64,000 nt of DNA from Trichoplax adhaerens. Its lineage: Eukaryota > Animalia > Placozoa. A program made the translations under genes and the position numbers. Positions 1-18,061 of the stretch are shown in pieces. A model generated the notes under the pieces. The model saw only the letters and a list, made by a program, of their open reading frames with translations, was not told the DNA's origin and searched no databases. The number at the start of each line of letters is the position of its first letter. The first letter of the stretch is position 1. The stretch spans positions 2,531,740 to 2,595,739 of the forward strand of contig NW_002060947.1 of the NCBI RefSeq assembly GCF_000150275.1, in the 5' to 3' direction.

Positions 1-483
1 AAGTGACCTAGTAGGATTAAATCGGGCGAACCCTTGTGGCTTTCTCTTTACAAGTGCCTTGATGTTGCGACACTTAGGGTAGGTTTCTCGTCTTTATCTT
101 ATAGCCAAATTTCCTGTACATAATTATTCCTTCAACAGTGCTCGCAAACCTGTAATAAGCGACGTCACTCTAATTCATAATATAGTTTGGATGATTATGC
201 CGATATCATCGAAAGCGCCGTTAGGACGACAATCAAGAATGGGAAGGTACTACTAGTAGAGAGATGAAACTAAATATTTTAGTAAAAAGATTAGAGTCCT
301 TATAGAATGATGAAATTTGCTGTCATTTTTTATTCCTTAAAGCTTCTAATCTGCTCATTTTTGCAGTTAAATTAATTAAGAAATAATATATCCTTCTATT
401 AGTGCCGTACGCCTGATATCCAAGGGGATAGAACAACTGCAGATTTTATTGATGCAGTAATAAAAGAAATAGATGTTCAATAA
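1..483 (+). CDS. IDH3: 3' end (last 3 exons) of an NAD-dependent isocitrate dehydrogenase subunit (IDH3 family), truncated by the window start
   Basis: Exons ~1-78, ~186-246 and 403-483 splice (GT-AG) to SDLVGLNRANPCGFLFTSALMLRHLG-LDDYADIIESAVRTTIKNGK-CRTPDIQGDRTTADFIDAVIKEIDVQ*. This matches the IDH3 C-terminal pattern ANP..LL.A..ML.HL.L and RT.D.GG..TT.DF. The subunit (alpha/beta/gamma) cannot be resolved. Confidence 0.85.
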
Positions 484-1349
484 CCTTACTGTTTTTGTTT
501 ATCGTTTTGGTATGATCAAAATGGTAATATAGCCGTGCTTGGCTAAAATACTTCATAAACGATAACTACAGTATATCTGAAGATTCATCCTTAATACAAC
601 TTAAAATATGCGATATACTGCAGAACACAAGTCTCGTTTATAAATAAATATTTCATCAGAAATATACAGTACAGTATACTATACAGTCCATTCATTAAGA
701 CTACCAAGGTAAACATATTATACAATTTAATTTATCATGCTGTAAATTGGCTCCAAGTAAAACATACGCATTAATTGAGGTTTTAGCGGTTTGCAAATAC
801 TAATCTTTCGTTAACAATCCTGCAGCAACTGCGATTAAAATTTCAGCATGAGAATTAAATGTTTTTTGTACAGTACAGTACAGTAGACTCAGCTGAAACT
901 GTCCTACTGTGCTACAAGTAGTCACTAGTTACTGCCCCACTACTATACGTACTGTATAGTGTATAGTAGTAGCAGTACTGTATACTGTGTATATAGCAGT
1001 GGCGTAGCAGCAATACAGGGACCTCTCTTCTAGCTTTTAGTACAGTTGTGCGGGTGAAATCCTACTGAATATAATGGTTTTAATTTAAATTAATTATTGA
1101 CGTAACACTACGTCTGCACGACGAAGTAATGGTACAATACAGCCATTCAAAACTGTACTAAAAATACAGTACTGTAGTCACGGTATAAAGTTACTGAACC
1201 TCTGACAGGTCTATCAAATGGTACAGTAATACTGTACTATCTGTTAAATGAGCACATTATCGTAAAGCGACGGGAGTTTGTACTAGTCTCACTTGAAACG
1301 TACTGTACAGTTTAATATCTGAAACGGTACACTGTACTGTTCACGATTG

Positions 1350-1520
1350 TCATCCAAATTAGCCGCTTGATTTTGTACTGTACAGTTTCGGTGGTAGCGT
1401 ATACTATGTACTGTACTGTACTGTGCAGTAGAACGAGCAGAAAAATGATAAACCTTATTATTTTGAACTGAAGAACCGCTAGGCGTCCCTCTCTCTTGCT
1501 CTACAGTACAGTAGTCTACT
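1350..1520. mobile_element. Partial copy of the P/Galileo-like MITE (same subfamily as 48039-48452 and 21950-22095)
   Basis: Shares ccaaattagccgcttg, tttcggtggtagcgta, cagaaaaatgataa, ttattttg(a/c)actgaa and gcgtccctctctc with the other two copies. Confidence 0.8.
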
Positions 1521-1549
1521 AGACTTTACACTGTACAGTACAGTACAGC

Positions 1550-1961
1550 CATGGACTACAGTACTGCACGTAGAAGAAGACCTGGACTGACCTATCCCTC
1601 GGACAGGCGGACTTTTCTTACCAAATGAGGCCACAAATATCAAAAAAACGGCTTCTTACTGTAGATCAACCTTCCGTGTCTGTTTTTTAAATCACTGGTA
1701 CTAATTTAAGTAACATCTATGATCTTATATAACTGTTTCTAAGCAGAATTTAGTAACGTAATAAACTATTACTCAACCCTTTAATTTAATTTAGAAAAAT
1801 CAGTCAATTTAAAATCGACCATCGGTATACTAAAGTACTGTACAGTGTACATACTAGTACTGTCATGATGAAGTGTTTGAACAAATATTTTAACGAAATG
1901 AGGCCGAAAAGGTCTGTCCGTCCAAGAGTAAACAGTCCAGGTCTTCTTTAGGTAATCGATG
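1550..1961. mobile_element. Non-autonomous DNA transposon (MITE), P/Galileo-like, 7-bp TSD GTACAGC
   Basis: Imperfect terminal inverted repeats catggacta...gaagaagacctggactg / cagtccaggtcttcttta...gatg. Identical GTACAGC on both flanks (1543-1549 and 1962-1968). Confidence 0.8.
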
Positions 1962-2081
1962 GTACAGCATACTGTGTGCATGTACTGCACTTATGATCAT
2001 ATGCAGAACAGAACTTTCTAATATAATACTGTAGTCTATATTCATATAATTTAGCGATTCAATTCCTCCTCATCCTTCAGC

Positions 2082-7459
<5,378 letters not shown>

Positions 7460-10400
7460 CTTACAAATCAGTAAACCTGGCACAATCTTTATGCATCTGT
7501 AATTTGATAGATTCCTAGTATTCTCGGTTATTAAATTAGAAAATTGGTTATTTCATTGCTATTCAATATTTGTTAATGTTTTCTATATTTCGAATCCAAT
7601 GCATAATGGATTACGTACAAGTAATTATACTGTACAGATATTTCAAAATGCAATATCACCTTATTGATTACTCTTGCATGCGAATGAACAGCATTAGTAA
7701 CTATCTCAATTACGCAGTTTATATTCAGCCTTTAAATATAATTATTCTAGCCTCCGCAAGTAAATTCCTTTATTGAGAGACCAGTTGCTTACCCTTTTAA
7801 TCCATCGAAGTTTCTTGACTCCCATTTGTTCCCTGGTAGTAGTTTGTGTAAAGCAATGAGTATAATTTACTAGATCATTACATATTTTTGGTCTAAAATT
7901 CATGTACGAGCTTAAACTTTTAAGTATGTTATCATGAAATGTGAGGATTTGCGTACACATCATACAAACGCTACGATACGATTATGTAAACCAATCGATT
8001 AGGGCCCACCCCATACAATCAATCTGATGTGCAAATATTTCCTTCTATCTAATTTACCCATTTATAAATATTGTATATGTTGCAGTGCATCTGAAAACCA
8101 ACAGCGTACCGGTAAATAATTATATCGTAATTTAATTTTCAGAGCAAACTTAAAAAAATATAGTTTCTTAGTCCAAGATTAGTTGAATTTAATCTGCTTA
8201 GTCGGTTCGATATGATAGGAGTTCCTGAACTAAATTATATAATTCCCTTACACTAATTCATTATGAGCTTACTAGTGTAAATCCTGAGCAAATAATGAAC
8301 CTGCGTATGAATACATTCACAGTAAGTTATTAGCATCACAATCTATGGAAAGCATATAAGCTTTCAATTTTTTTCAAAACCAAACTCAAATCGAAGCCTA
8401 AAAATGGTGGTATGTACTCCGTCTGTACGGACGACTCTATAGTTGCACCAGCACAGCATAGCATATGAAAAGATTGCTATGTAAGGAAATACGATTGAGT
8501 ATACATAATCTACACATGTATGATCATGATTTTATAGAAAACGTTAAAAATGATTATATTCCAACTTTCTCGCTGCGCGTATACCCTGAAATTACGGTGT
8601 ATGCGTACACTAGCATTACTGGTAACTAAATGATTAATTTTAAATAAACATAATTACACCCCGCCAAAATAAAAAAGGGGCGGGCACTGTACTAAGTTGG
8701 ACTAATTAATTAACCTTCTATTAATGCACAATTGTACTGTACGGTCCGGTCCTATGCTCCTATTTTCCCGGCAATAAGTAATTCGGAAACACATAAATCT
8801 AGCTTGTGAATCCATTACTTAGAGTTAAATTTGTGAATTAGACCATCGAAGAACCCGAATAAGCTCTCTATTTCGCAAACAACTATAACTTTATTTATCA
8901 TTTTGGCATCATTTATGCAGTTTCTTTAAGAATTATTATTGATTAATACATCTACTATATATGCACCGTTTAACTGTCTTTAATTAAAACACGTTTGCCA
9001 TGCTGTGGATTTAGCCGGATATATACGTGTACGTGTGTGTATGTATAGTATACAATCCATGTATACGTGTATATGTACGCCAAGGAATTTAAATTTTTAT
9101 GATTAAAGTCATTGAGACTTATGATTAGGTTTGAGGTTCCAGTATCGAAAATTTGGGGCTTTAATAGTTTAGCTGCATTGCACAGTGTAGTAATTCAAGG
9201 CCAGCACCTGTTATTCTCGACGACAATCATTAACTGCAACCGTGTGGAGACGCCAAGTTATAAGGATGCACGGTATCAATCTAGTTCAGGCGTACTTTCA
9301 CATCAGATTACAACGTATATCATCATGAGAGTTCTGCCACGTAGAGAATACAAATCACAAATCCATCTACTTATGTATACATTTTGTGCTGTTATAGGCA
9401 AACTTCAGCATAGCCGTATCTTCGAGCAGATCTAGAGTATCATACAAGTTATGTATTTGATTATAATCATAATATAATCACCCTCGATCACACTAAAGTC
9501 ATTAACTGTACAGTATTTAATTTATTTTTCGATTACAATTTACTAGACGCAGTTATGACATCAAATTGTTACAAAGTTTTTAAAATTTCTCAACGATCGT
9601 TAATCAAAAATTGATCACACAAGAGATCTTGATGAATGGAATAATTGATCGTTCCGTCACGCGACGAAACATTGTTGCATTATTTTATACCTCCTATGAA
9701 AGTATATAATACACCTCTATACTTGGAACTTCGATATTGATCAATTTAATAGTTGTAATAAAAATTGTACCCATTTCTTAGTCAGAAGGTCAAGATTATT
9801 TATACATTATAATCAATGTCTTTATATTCAAATCATCAATAACTTCGGTCTGTACGCGTACAACTGCACACTTGGACCGGGTTTTACAAGCGTATTTATA
9901 GCACTATGACTAAATATTACATCGAACATCTTAAATTTATAGCGATATAAATTCTGTTACGAACTATAAAATCAATGATTTCGTTGTTTCAAAGTGTATA
10001 TAATCTGTTTCATCAATAATAAGTCATTTTTCAGTTACTGTTGCAACTTGAAGTTAACTGGATTAATAAACGCTGACAACAGAAGGTTAACCTTCAATAT
10101 TCCTATTATATCCGATTCTGCATAACTCGTCATTGAAACGGAATTTAAAGTCGTCGACTACCACATTAAAAGTTGTTATCTAGGTCTCCTAGAGATAATA
10201 CTACTCTCTGTAATATACTATTCACAAAATTATAATCTACGTAGAAGTTCATGACTTCCTAATAAATTTGATAATCATTACTATTGCAGGTACGAACGAA
10301 TTCTCATGGGAAAAAAAATAGTGGATTGCCCCCCGAGACTAGTATACGTAACAAAGTAGTCGTACATAATATAGAATAAATGAATAGTTAATGATCCCGT

Positions 10401-11400
10401 GTAGAATTTCAGTCCTCCAGGGAAATGCTAATAATTTGTTTCTTAGTAAAATAACTTCTACTGCTGTTTTGATACACATAGGTAAAGCTTATGTATATAA
10501 TAATGTAGATCAACGACTTACTGTACATATAAACTTTTTAGATCGGATCACAGCTAGAAACGGACATTACTTTAATAGAGACTACGTTACGTTGCCAATT
10601 TTCCGCTAAATATTAGAAAGTCTAACAGCAATTATCAGATTTTTAAGGCAGAATCAAGAAAAATAGAGGTAACGTCCACTGTTGATTATAATATAAGTTA
10701 GAGATATTTTATGCTTTACTTTTCTTATTGCAGTTACTATTTAAGAACCAGCTTCTTTGTATTGCACCTAGATTAAGTGCATCTAAATCTTCGCTTCTGT
10801 TATTTTTAGAAGTAAAAAAGGATTTATGTTAATAACCAGGCTTAAGCTGCAATGTACAGTAACTATTTAATTTCTTAACGAATTTTATAGTTTAAAGAAA
10901 TCGCTTATATACGTCACCAACATTCATTCTTTAGATTAAAAATTTACAGCTCAAAATTCTGATTACAAACATCCTGCACTTTTCATATCTTCTTGATTTT
11001 TAGCTTAAAATCGTAATTTTTGTATAAAATTTATGGAAAAAGGGGTTAAAAGAGGCGTCGTTACATAAACCGTTATTTCTTATTAGTAGTTATTATAAAT
11101 TAACGAACAGTCAAGTATCTCTAACATGTGTTACTTTATCATATAATTCTAAAATACCATCTTTACGGCAAAAGGTTTTCGTGAAAGTATCTGCTAAACT
11201 GAGCAGCTTGCGTAATAACTACTAATATACACATTCAAAAATTCTCGAATTAACACGTTTCAGGTACCTCAATCTCCACTGGCAATAAGATCAAACAGAT
11301 CGGTTCAAACTTAGAACCTTTAAAATTATCGATATAACTCCGTAATCGCTAGGTACCATTGTCTGTTGTATACGGCCATAACCAATCTTATATTATCACA

Positions 11401-14400
11401 ATGGAAAGAGAATTACCTATAGAAGATAAAAGACATAGCACGAGTAGCAATAGCACTATCGAATCAGAACAAGGCTCACTTTCTGCAGATACCCGCACGT
11501 TCCCTAGATTTGAAGAGATTGAATATGAATATTCTAATGAATTTGACGAAGATGAATCTACTCCCATCTGTTGCTGTTGTCCTTGCCTCGTAAGTCGCTG
11601 ATATAATCTATATAGTATTATTATATAGACATTTCTCGTCTCACTAATGCAGAAATGAGATCCTACTAGAGCTGACATTAATGAATACTGAAAACTTTAC
11701 AGTTTGCATATTTTTATGTATATATTTGCGGATGTACTGTTTCTTTATAAAATTTTACCCAAGATAACATAATAAACTTGTATTTTAAGAGAAGAAAATC
11801 AGGACTAAAAAATTCGTCGTCTAAACAGCTACACTTAAATAAGTTAGCTGCGAATAAACTCATGCTAAAGAAGTTCAAGAAAAATTCTTATAGTGTTTCG
11901 GAAATAGAAAAAAGTTATGGTACCGTGGATACATCTTCAAGTGATAGTCAAGAAGATAAAGAGCAGGAATTGCTTCTTGTACCAAATTATATTGATAAGA
12001 TTAGGGAAGCAACTTATCGACGCGAACGTGCTAAAGGTCACAGCAACATCTATAAATCGCGATTTAAGAAAGACAGAAAAGGTAAGAGCTAATATAAAAT
12101 ACCGCCTCCACATCCGTCACCTTATGGACATTATCAAGTCTGATATAACTGGATTAGTAAATCGATATGCCAGATATTGATTGGTAATTTAATACAGTAC
12201 CTGGTAATGCAGCAGTATGTGCGGATTATTCTTTCAATAATTATTTCTAAAATCGATACAATATTTTTAATCAAATCATCGAAAGAAACTACCCTAGTTA
12301 GTCGATACCTGGTAGTACAGTACACTGTAACTGCTGCTGTGAGTGTAAACATGAAGTTTAATTTCATAAAATATTGTAGAAGCCGAGATTTCATCTAATT
12401 GTTCTGGAGAAGACAATATCTAAGAAATACAAATAGCTACGTATCATCATATAGTTACTATATGATTGGCAACATGCAGTATAAATTATGCATTCTTAAT
12501 GAGAACATTCTATAAATTCTAGCAACCAGATTATGGATTTATATTGTACATTTACAATAATTTTACATTAAGATTTTTTTTTAGAAAATGATATATATCC
12601 GCCTCCTTCTTCAATAAAATCTCAAGAAAATCTGGTAAAAAGTATTATATGTATTTTTCCTTTCAATTGTGCAATATTATATTGCCGTATCTATCTAAGA
12701 TAACATTTGAATAGTTTATTATTCTGAATGCGGTTACTACGGTATAGTGTTAAAGCACTTAGTCACATATGGATTAGCACATATTATATCTACGATTGGG
12801 TAACTAATAAATAAAATTAGAAGTTCAAGATATAGAATCACTAAATCTATTAAATTCAAAATGCAATAATTCACAATGGTATAAAGTTTGGTCAGGGAAA
12901 ATAAGAAAATATGAAATTAAGCTAATCAACTTATGTTTAAAGGAAATAAGCTTCAAGACTTAAAAAGATTTTTATAAAACTAGAAATTTTCTAAGACCGT
13001 GTGTGTTCTTCATGTAAAGATAAAAATTAACAACACTTCTATTCCTAATCAAGTATTGCTTTTAGATAGAACTACTAGACTTTTGCACTTACCCCTAATA
13101 TTTATGCTATACAAATGTGAACACTATCAGTATAGCAGGAATGTTCTGCATATTATTTTCTACTTAGCGCAATAATAATTAGCTGAGTACCTAAATCGTG
13201 CTACGCCGGAAAATTTACTGCTATGCACTGCATTAGTAACGACAAGTTATAGAATTAATGGCCTGCTGTAGGTTATCCGTCATTCTAAGTGCACTGTAGC
13301 TAATAATCTACATCTCATCGTTATCTAATTACACCGTATATTCACACCAAAATCAACAAAAATATCTATGTTCACCCTTCCCCTCTCCCCCTCCCACGCT
13401 GATCTACAGGCCGATAAATTCTATAGTCTAAAGTCTTCTTTACAAAGTATTAGTTAATAACGCATAATTTTATCTATATTCGAATAAATTTATAATTTTA
13501 AATGTATTACTTTCTTTCTAATTTTTGACGAATAGGATTTTAAAGATCAAATTAACGAAGAAAGCTTACTTAATCACGGATATTATGGCTCAGTATATAT
13601 CGTTAAATACGGTAACGATAAAGCGATACTCAAAAAATGGGGTAAAGAGGTATGATACAAAAATGTGTCAATCAATCATATCGAAGGTGGATACTGTACC
13701 TACCAGCGGAATTGAAAACGTATCTTATTGTTCATGTTATAACGAAAGCTGTGGTTAATACTATCAACTGAAGAATAAACTGCAGTAGTAATTTGAAGCC
13801 GTAATTAATACTAACAACTACTAGCATTAAAAGATTTGAAATTAAGTAGCCAAGTGAATCATGGATCCGACTATGATCACTTTTTACACATAGTTGCAAT
13901 AACTACAACTAAATAAGACTAGGCTATGGGTTGCCAGACTAACAATACCAGAGTCAGATAGGCTATTTGACAGTTTCTATTACTATTTAATTAATAATAG
14001 TTAATAACTTAATCGGAGATTTTATGCTGAATGTGACGCTACTTTTAAATATCTTAAATAGCGATGCATCTGGATAAACTGTGACTCGCAATGTTGAAAA
14101 TGTCGGAATAGATTTAATTTCTTACTGAATGTTTTTGATTTGATATTTATTTGGTGCCTCTTATATATTATATAGTTTACAACTATTACTGAGGAGAATA
14201 GTAGCATTGTTGATTACCTGTTGACGTAAGTATAGAATCATTATTCCTCAACTGACTAAAAAATACGTAAATCGTGTAAGACTCGACCCTAAGACAGCTT
14301 TTTAACGTTATTTCGTTGTAAGATTGCAACATGATATCATTTTTAATCATCTATCAAAATTAAACATATTTAATCGCCTTCGATAAAACAGGTTAAACCA

Positions 14401-16045
14401 TCCAAACATCCTACCAATTCATTGTTACTGCGTATCAGTAGGCGGCGTTTTAGAAAAATTTGCAATATCTTCTTTAAGATCTAGAATATCGATAGAGGTA
14501 AGCTCCCTTATTACATCTTTCGTTTAATATTATTGATAAATTATTCAGTTATCAATTGCGATCGCCCTGTGAAAGAAGATTAGTATGGATTATAATATCA
14601 ATGGCATTTAGTAATAGTTTATACGGTATATTGTAAGAAATTATAAGTTTTATAATCCTCTGTTATCCTAGCATGATGTACCATCAATGCAAAAATTTAC
14701 TTAGATAAAATAATAAATAAATTATTCTAATTTTCTTCTAGGCAAAAGAAAATATTTTTAATGCCATCGAACGTCTAAAATCCTTATTAGGTACAATAGA
14801 TGGAATCATTTTCTTACACAGTAAAAATGTTGTTCACAACAACTTGACAAGGTAAATTGCGCACTAGACTTTTAATTTTGAGATTTTAAAAGACAGAATG
14901 TACAAATATTACTAACATTCTCTAGTGAAAACATTTAATCCTTTTAGTATTAATTGTATGGAAGTCTTTAAAAAATTTAATATTTATATAAAATTACTAT
15001 TGTCAGCAATAATATCTTATTGGATATGGATGGTACTGTGAAGCTTAGCCATGGATGCATGGAAAGTATTATTTTAAGTCATGGATATCCAATCGTTAAG
15101 CGTCCTCTAAGAAAATATCCAGAAAAATTAGGTTACTTCAGTACTAACGCCATTGCGAACGATATAATCAAATCGAATGATATTTACAGCTATGGCGCCG
15201 TAAGCAGTAACATTTTACATCATATCATGAAATTATTTTAAGTATTTCTTATCATGAGTAACTAGAATTTATATTTTGGACCAGTTAATATGTTGCACCC
15301 CTAAAAAAATTAAATATTACTTCAATTATAGGTTCTACTGGAAGTGATAACTGGTGAGCTTCCTTATGCAAGTGACAGAGAACCGATTTTACTGGTGAAC
15401 AATAATGTTTATTTTTATATATATTATTTACCGCAATTAAATTCATTATTAAATTTGGTCTTATATCTAATTTAAAGCGAGAATTACTGAATGACTTCGA
15501 GATAGCGAACTTGAAAGATTCCAGGATCAGATGGCCAAAGTATCGAAAATCATTTAAAGGAATTACACATGTAAAGACTATGAGGAAAGATCTACTAAAT
15601 TTAGCGAAAACTTGTTTAAGACAAGGTACTGAAGTAAAAAGTGCATCAGAGGTGAGGTTCTTATTATTCTTGATCACAAGAATATATATCGCAATCCATC
15701 AATATTAGATTTATTTTATCAGAAACTTCGAAATCAATTCTTGAGAAAGCTATATCAAATATTACGTGAATTAGTAATTACACATTTCTAAGAGAAATTC
15801 AGATGTTATTAGTAGTGTATAGCAAGTCAACAATCAGAAGTATTCGTAATAACCAGATACCAAAGACTGATAGATAATATTCATTTTTACTGTAAATAGA
15901 ATACATTTAAAATTCTGACACTACTTAATGATATAAAATTTCAATACAAAACATTACTAATTTGTATTCCCTTTATTTACTGCAGGTCAAAGAAATATTG
16001 AGTGACTTAATCAAGGAGTACAACATCAAAGGATTGTTCAGTTGA
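11401..16045 (+). CDS. IRAK/Pelle-like protein pseudokinase, 11 exons, ~466 aa, N-terminal Cys cluster plus basic patch, no death domain
   Basis: Exons 11401-11589, 11790-12081, 12585-12634, 13536-13649, 14176-14225, 14392-14497, 14742-14851, 15007-15199, 15332-15394, 15478-15651 and 15986-16045 are all GT-AG and phase-compatible (1401 nt). Kinase subdomains read NHGYYGSVY, AILKK, LNHPNIL, VVHNNLTSNNILLD, VKLSHG and DIYSYGAVLLEVITGELPYASDREPILL. Confidence 0.85.
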
Positions 16046-18061
16046 AGCATTTTATTTAACAGACAGAGAAACAGCGTTCTAGGCTAGCGTGCTATCTTAT
16101 GAATGCATTAGTGGAAGTATCTTTCAGTTTTAAGCTCTTATATAGCATGTTAGCAAGCAACTTTATTCGATATCATAATACAATATAAGATGGAATGAAC
16201 TACCAATGCTAGCATTCATTAAAATTAAAAACAGAAAATAAAATGCAACGTTCTTAGCTACAATACATTATCACTCATAGTAAGAGCCAACATCTGCTTG
16301 GCTCATATTCTATTGAAGAAATAAGATTAAAAAAGTGCTATTACAGACTTAGAATCAGCTCTTCATAGACTGGTATTAACAGATTGACAGAAAAGGATCT
16401 TGTAGTGCATCCTTCATACCTCCATATAAATATTGTTACCTTACATAATAGAATTATAAGATATGTTGTTCTTAATTAATTTACTGGTATACATACAATA
16501 TACTTAAAATTAGTATATTAGTAAAAAGTGATACATAACACACATCACCTGGTGATAGGTGTTCTTTGTCACTCTGATCAGTTCCACTTCATTGGATCGT
16601 CATTAATATTTTTCAATTTAAACCTACGGGATATATATACATTCAGTTATTGGCATCGATAATAATACATATAAATTCGACTGTAAGTTATGCATTATGA
16701 ATGGGAAACAGATTTTTGACATTAAATTTGTTATTAAATATAGCTATACTTGCTGAGCAGGTGCAATTATCAATATTAAGGTTATTCAACTTGCAATAAG
16801 TTCATGCTTGGCTTGACTACTTTTATACTGTAGAATTGTCAAATTTTGTAATATGACATAATTCATATATTTCCTTCAATGTATGTATTGCTAGTATCAC
16901 AACATTGTCAGGTTTGAGTATAGATATATTTGATACAGCATATTAAGGTTATCTATATGCGTATGTGTATTCTCATTTTAACTTTATTAGTATGAAATAA
17001 TTTGTAGTGTCTTAATTAGCGAGATCTTGCCATTGTAGATTATCTCATGATCTATATAAGTAGGCCAAAGGTTTTACAAACTAAAACGTAATAAACGTTT
17101 AATTTTACAAAATAAAGGGCGATACCGTTTGACTAGCCACGACAAGAACTTATGCTAAACGTGATCATGCCTTTGTCAAATTACCGCTCTTTGATATTCG
17201 TCGTAATAGAGTCTCGCATAATTTTTCAAGAGGCTTTAGTTGAAGTACGGCATGGAAATATAATCATTTAATGTCCGAGACAATACAACAATTTCGAATT
17301 AAGGAATGTATCTATAAAGATTAGTATGAATGCATAACGTTTACGCTAAGTCTGAACTAGTATTAGCAATGCTTTAATGATTTGGGCAGATAATGTATAT
17401 CGACTATTACTGAATTATGCGTATATGGCTATTTCTTGAGGCAATGGTTTAACAAATATAGATTTTGAACTCTCGTATTCCAACTCAATCGTTACGAATG
17501 TGACATTTTTGACAGGAACCATAATTATTCATGTTTTTAATTTTCCAAAGTCAAAACGAAAATTCGAACTCAATATACTATAGTTACATAAGCATTTATC
17601 ATATGTAACTGAGTATAGGGCCATTTCCTTGCTATAAATTAAGTTACTGTATATTAAATTTTTGAAGACATTATCACGAAGTGTTTTCTATATGATCATG
17701 TACCGAATTGCCGATTACATAATTTTTCTTATATTTCTGTTGCCTAACGCTTAATGAATATTTCATCTTTCACTGAAGGATTTAAAGGACAAATAACCTA
17801 ATGTTATTAATAATATAATGATGGTTTGCGGTCTATTTGTATTGCTTAAATTAGATATTCTTTACAAATGTTTAATAAGAAAATCGCTCTAACACTTCGA
17901 AATCCCAAATACAGCCAAGGCAAATCAATTTAGAAAATTTAGTTTAATTTGTTGACATAGCGATAACCGCAATACCGGGCTTATTACTCAAATGTGATCA
18001 AGAATGTACTCTTTTATGCAGCTAACTTAAACTAATTGTTAATCTTGACAAATTTACAACA

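Larger units (their letters stand above)
660..2000. repeat. Cluster of mixed CAGTA/CTGTA pentamer arrays upstream of DLD
   Basis: Repeated tacagtacagta, tactgtactgta, tacactgta and tacagtgta units, interleaved with MITE copies. Confidence 0.85.

Noticed and set aside
7570-10609. Several 65-107-aa ORFs between DLD and the pseudokinase
   Set aside because: No motifs and no consistent exon chain.
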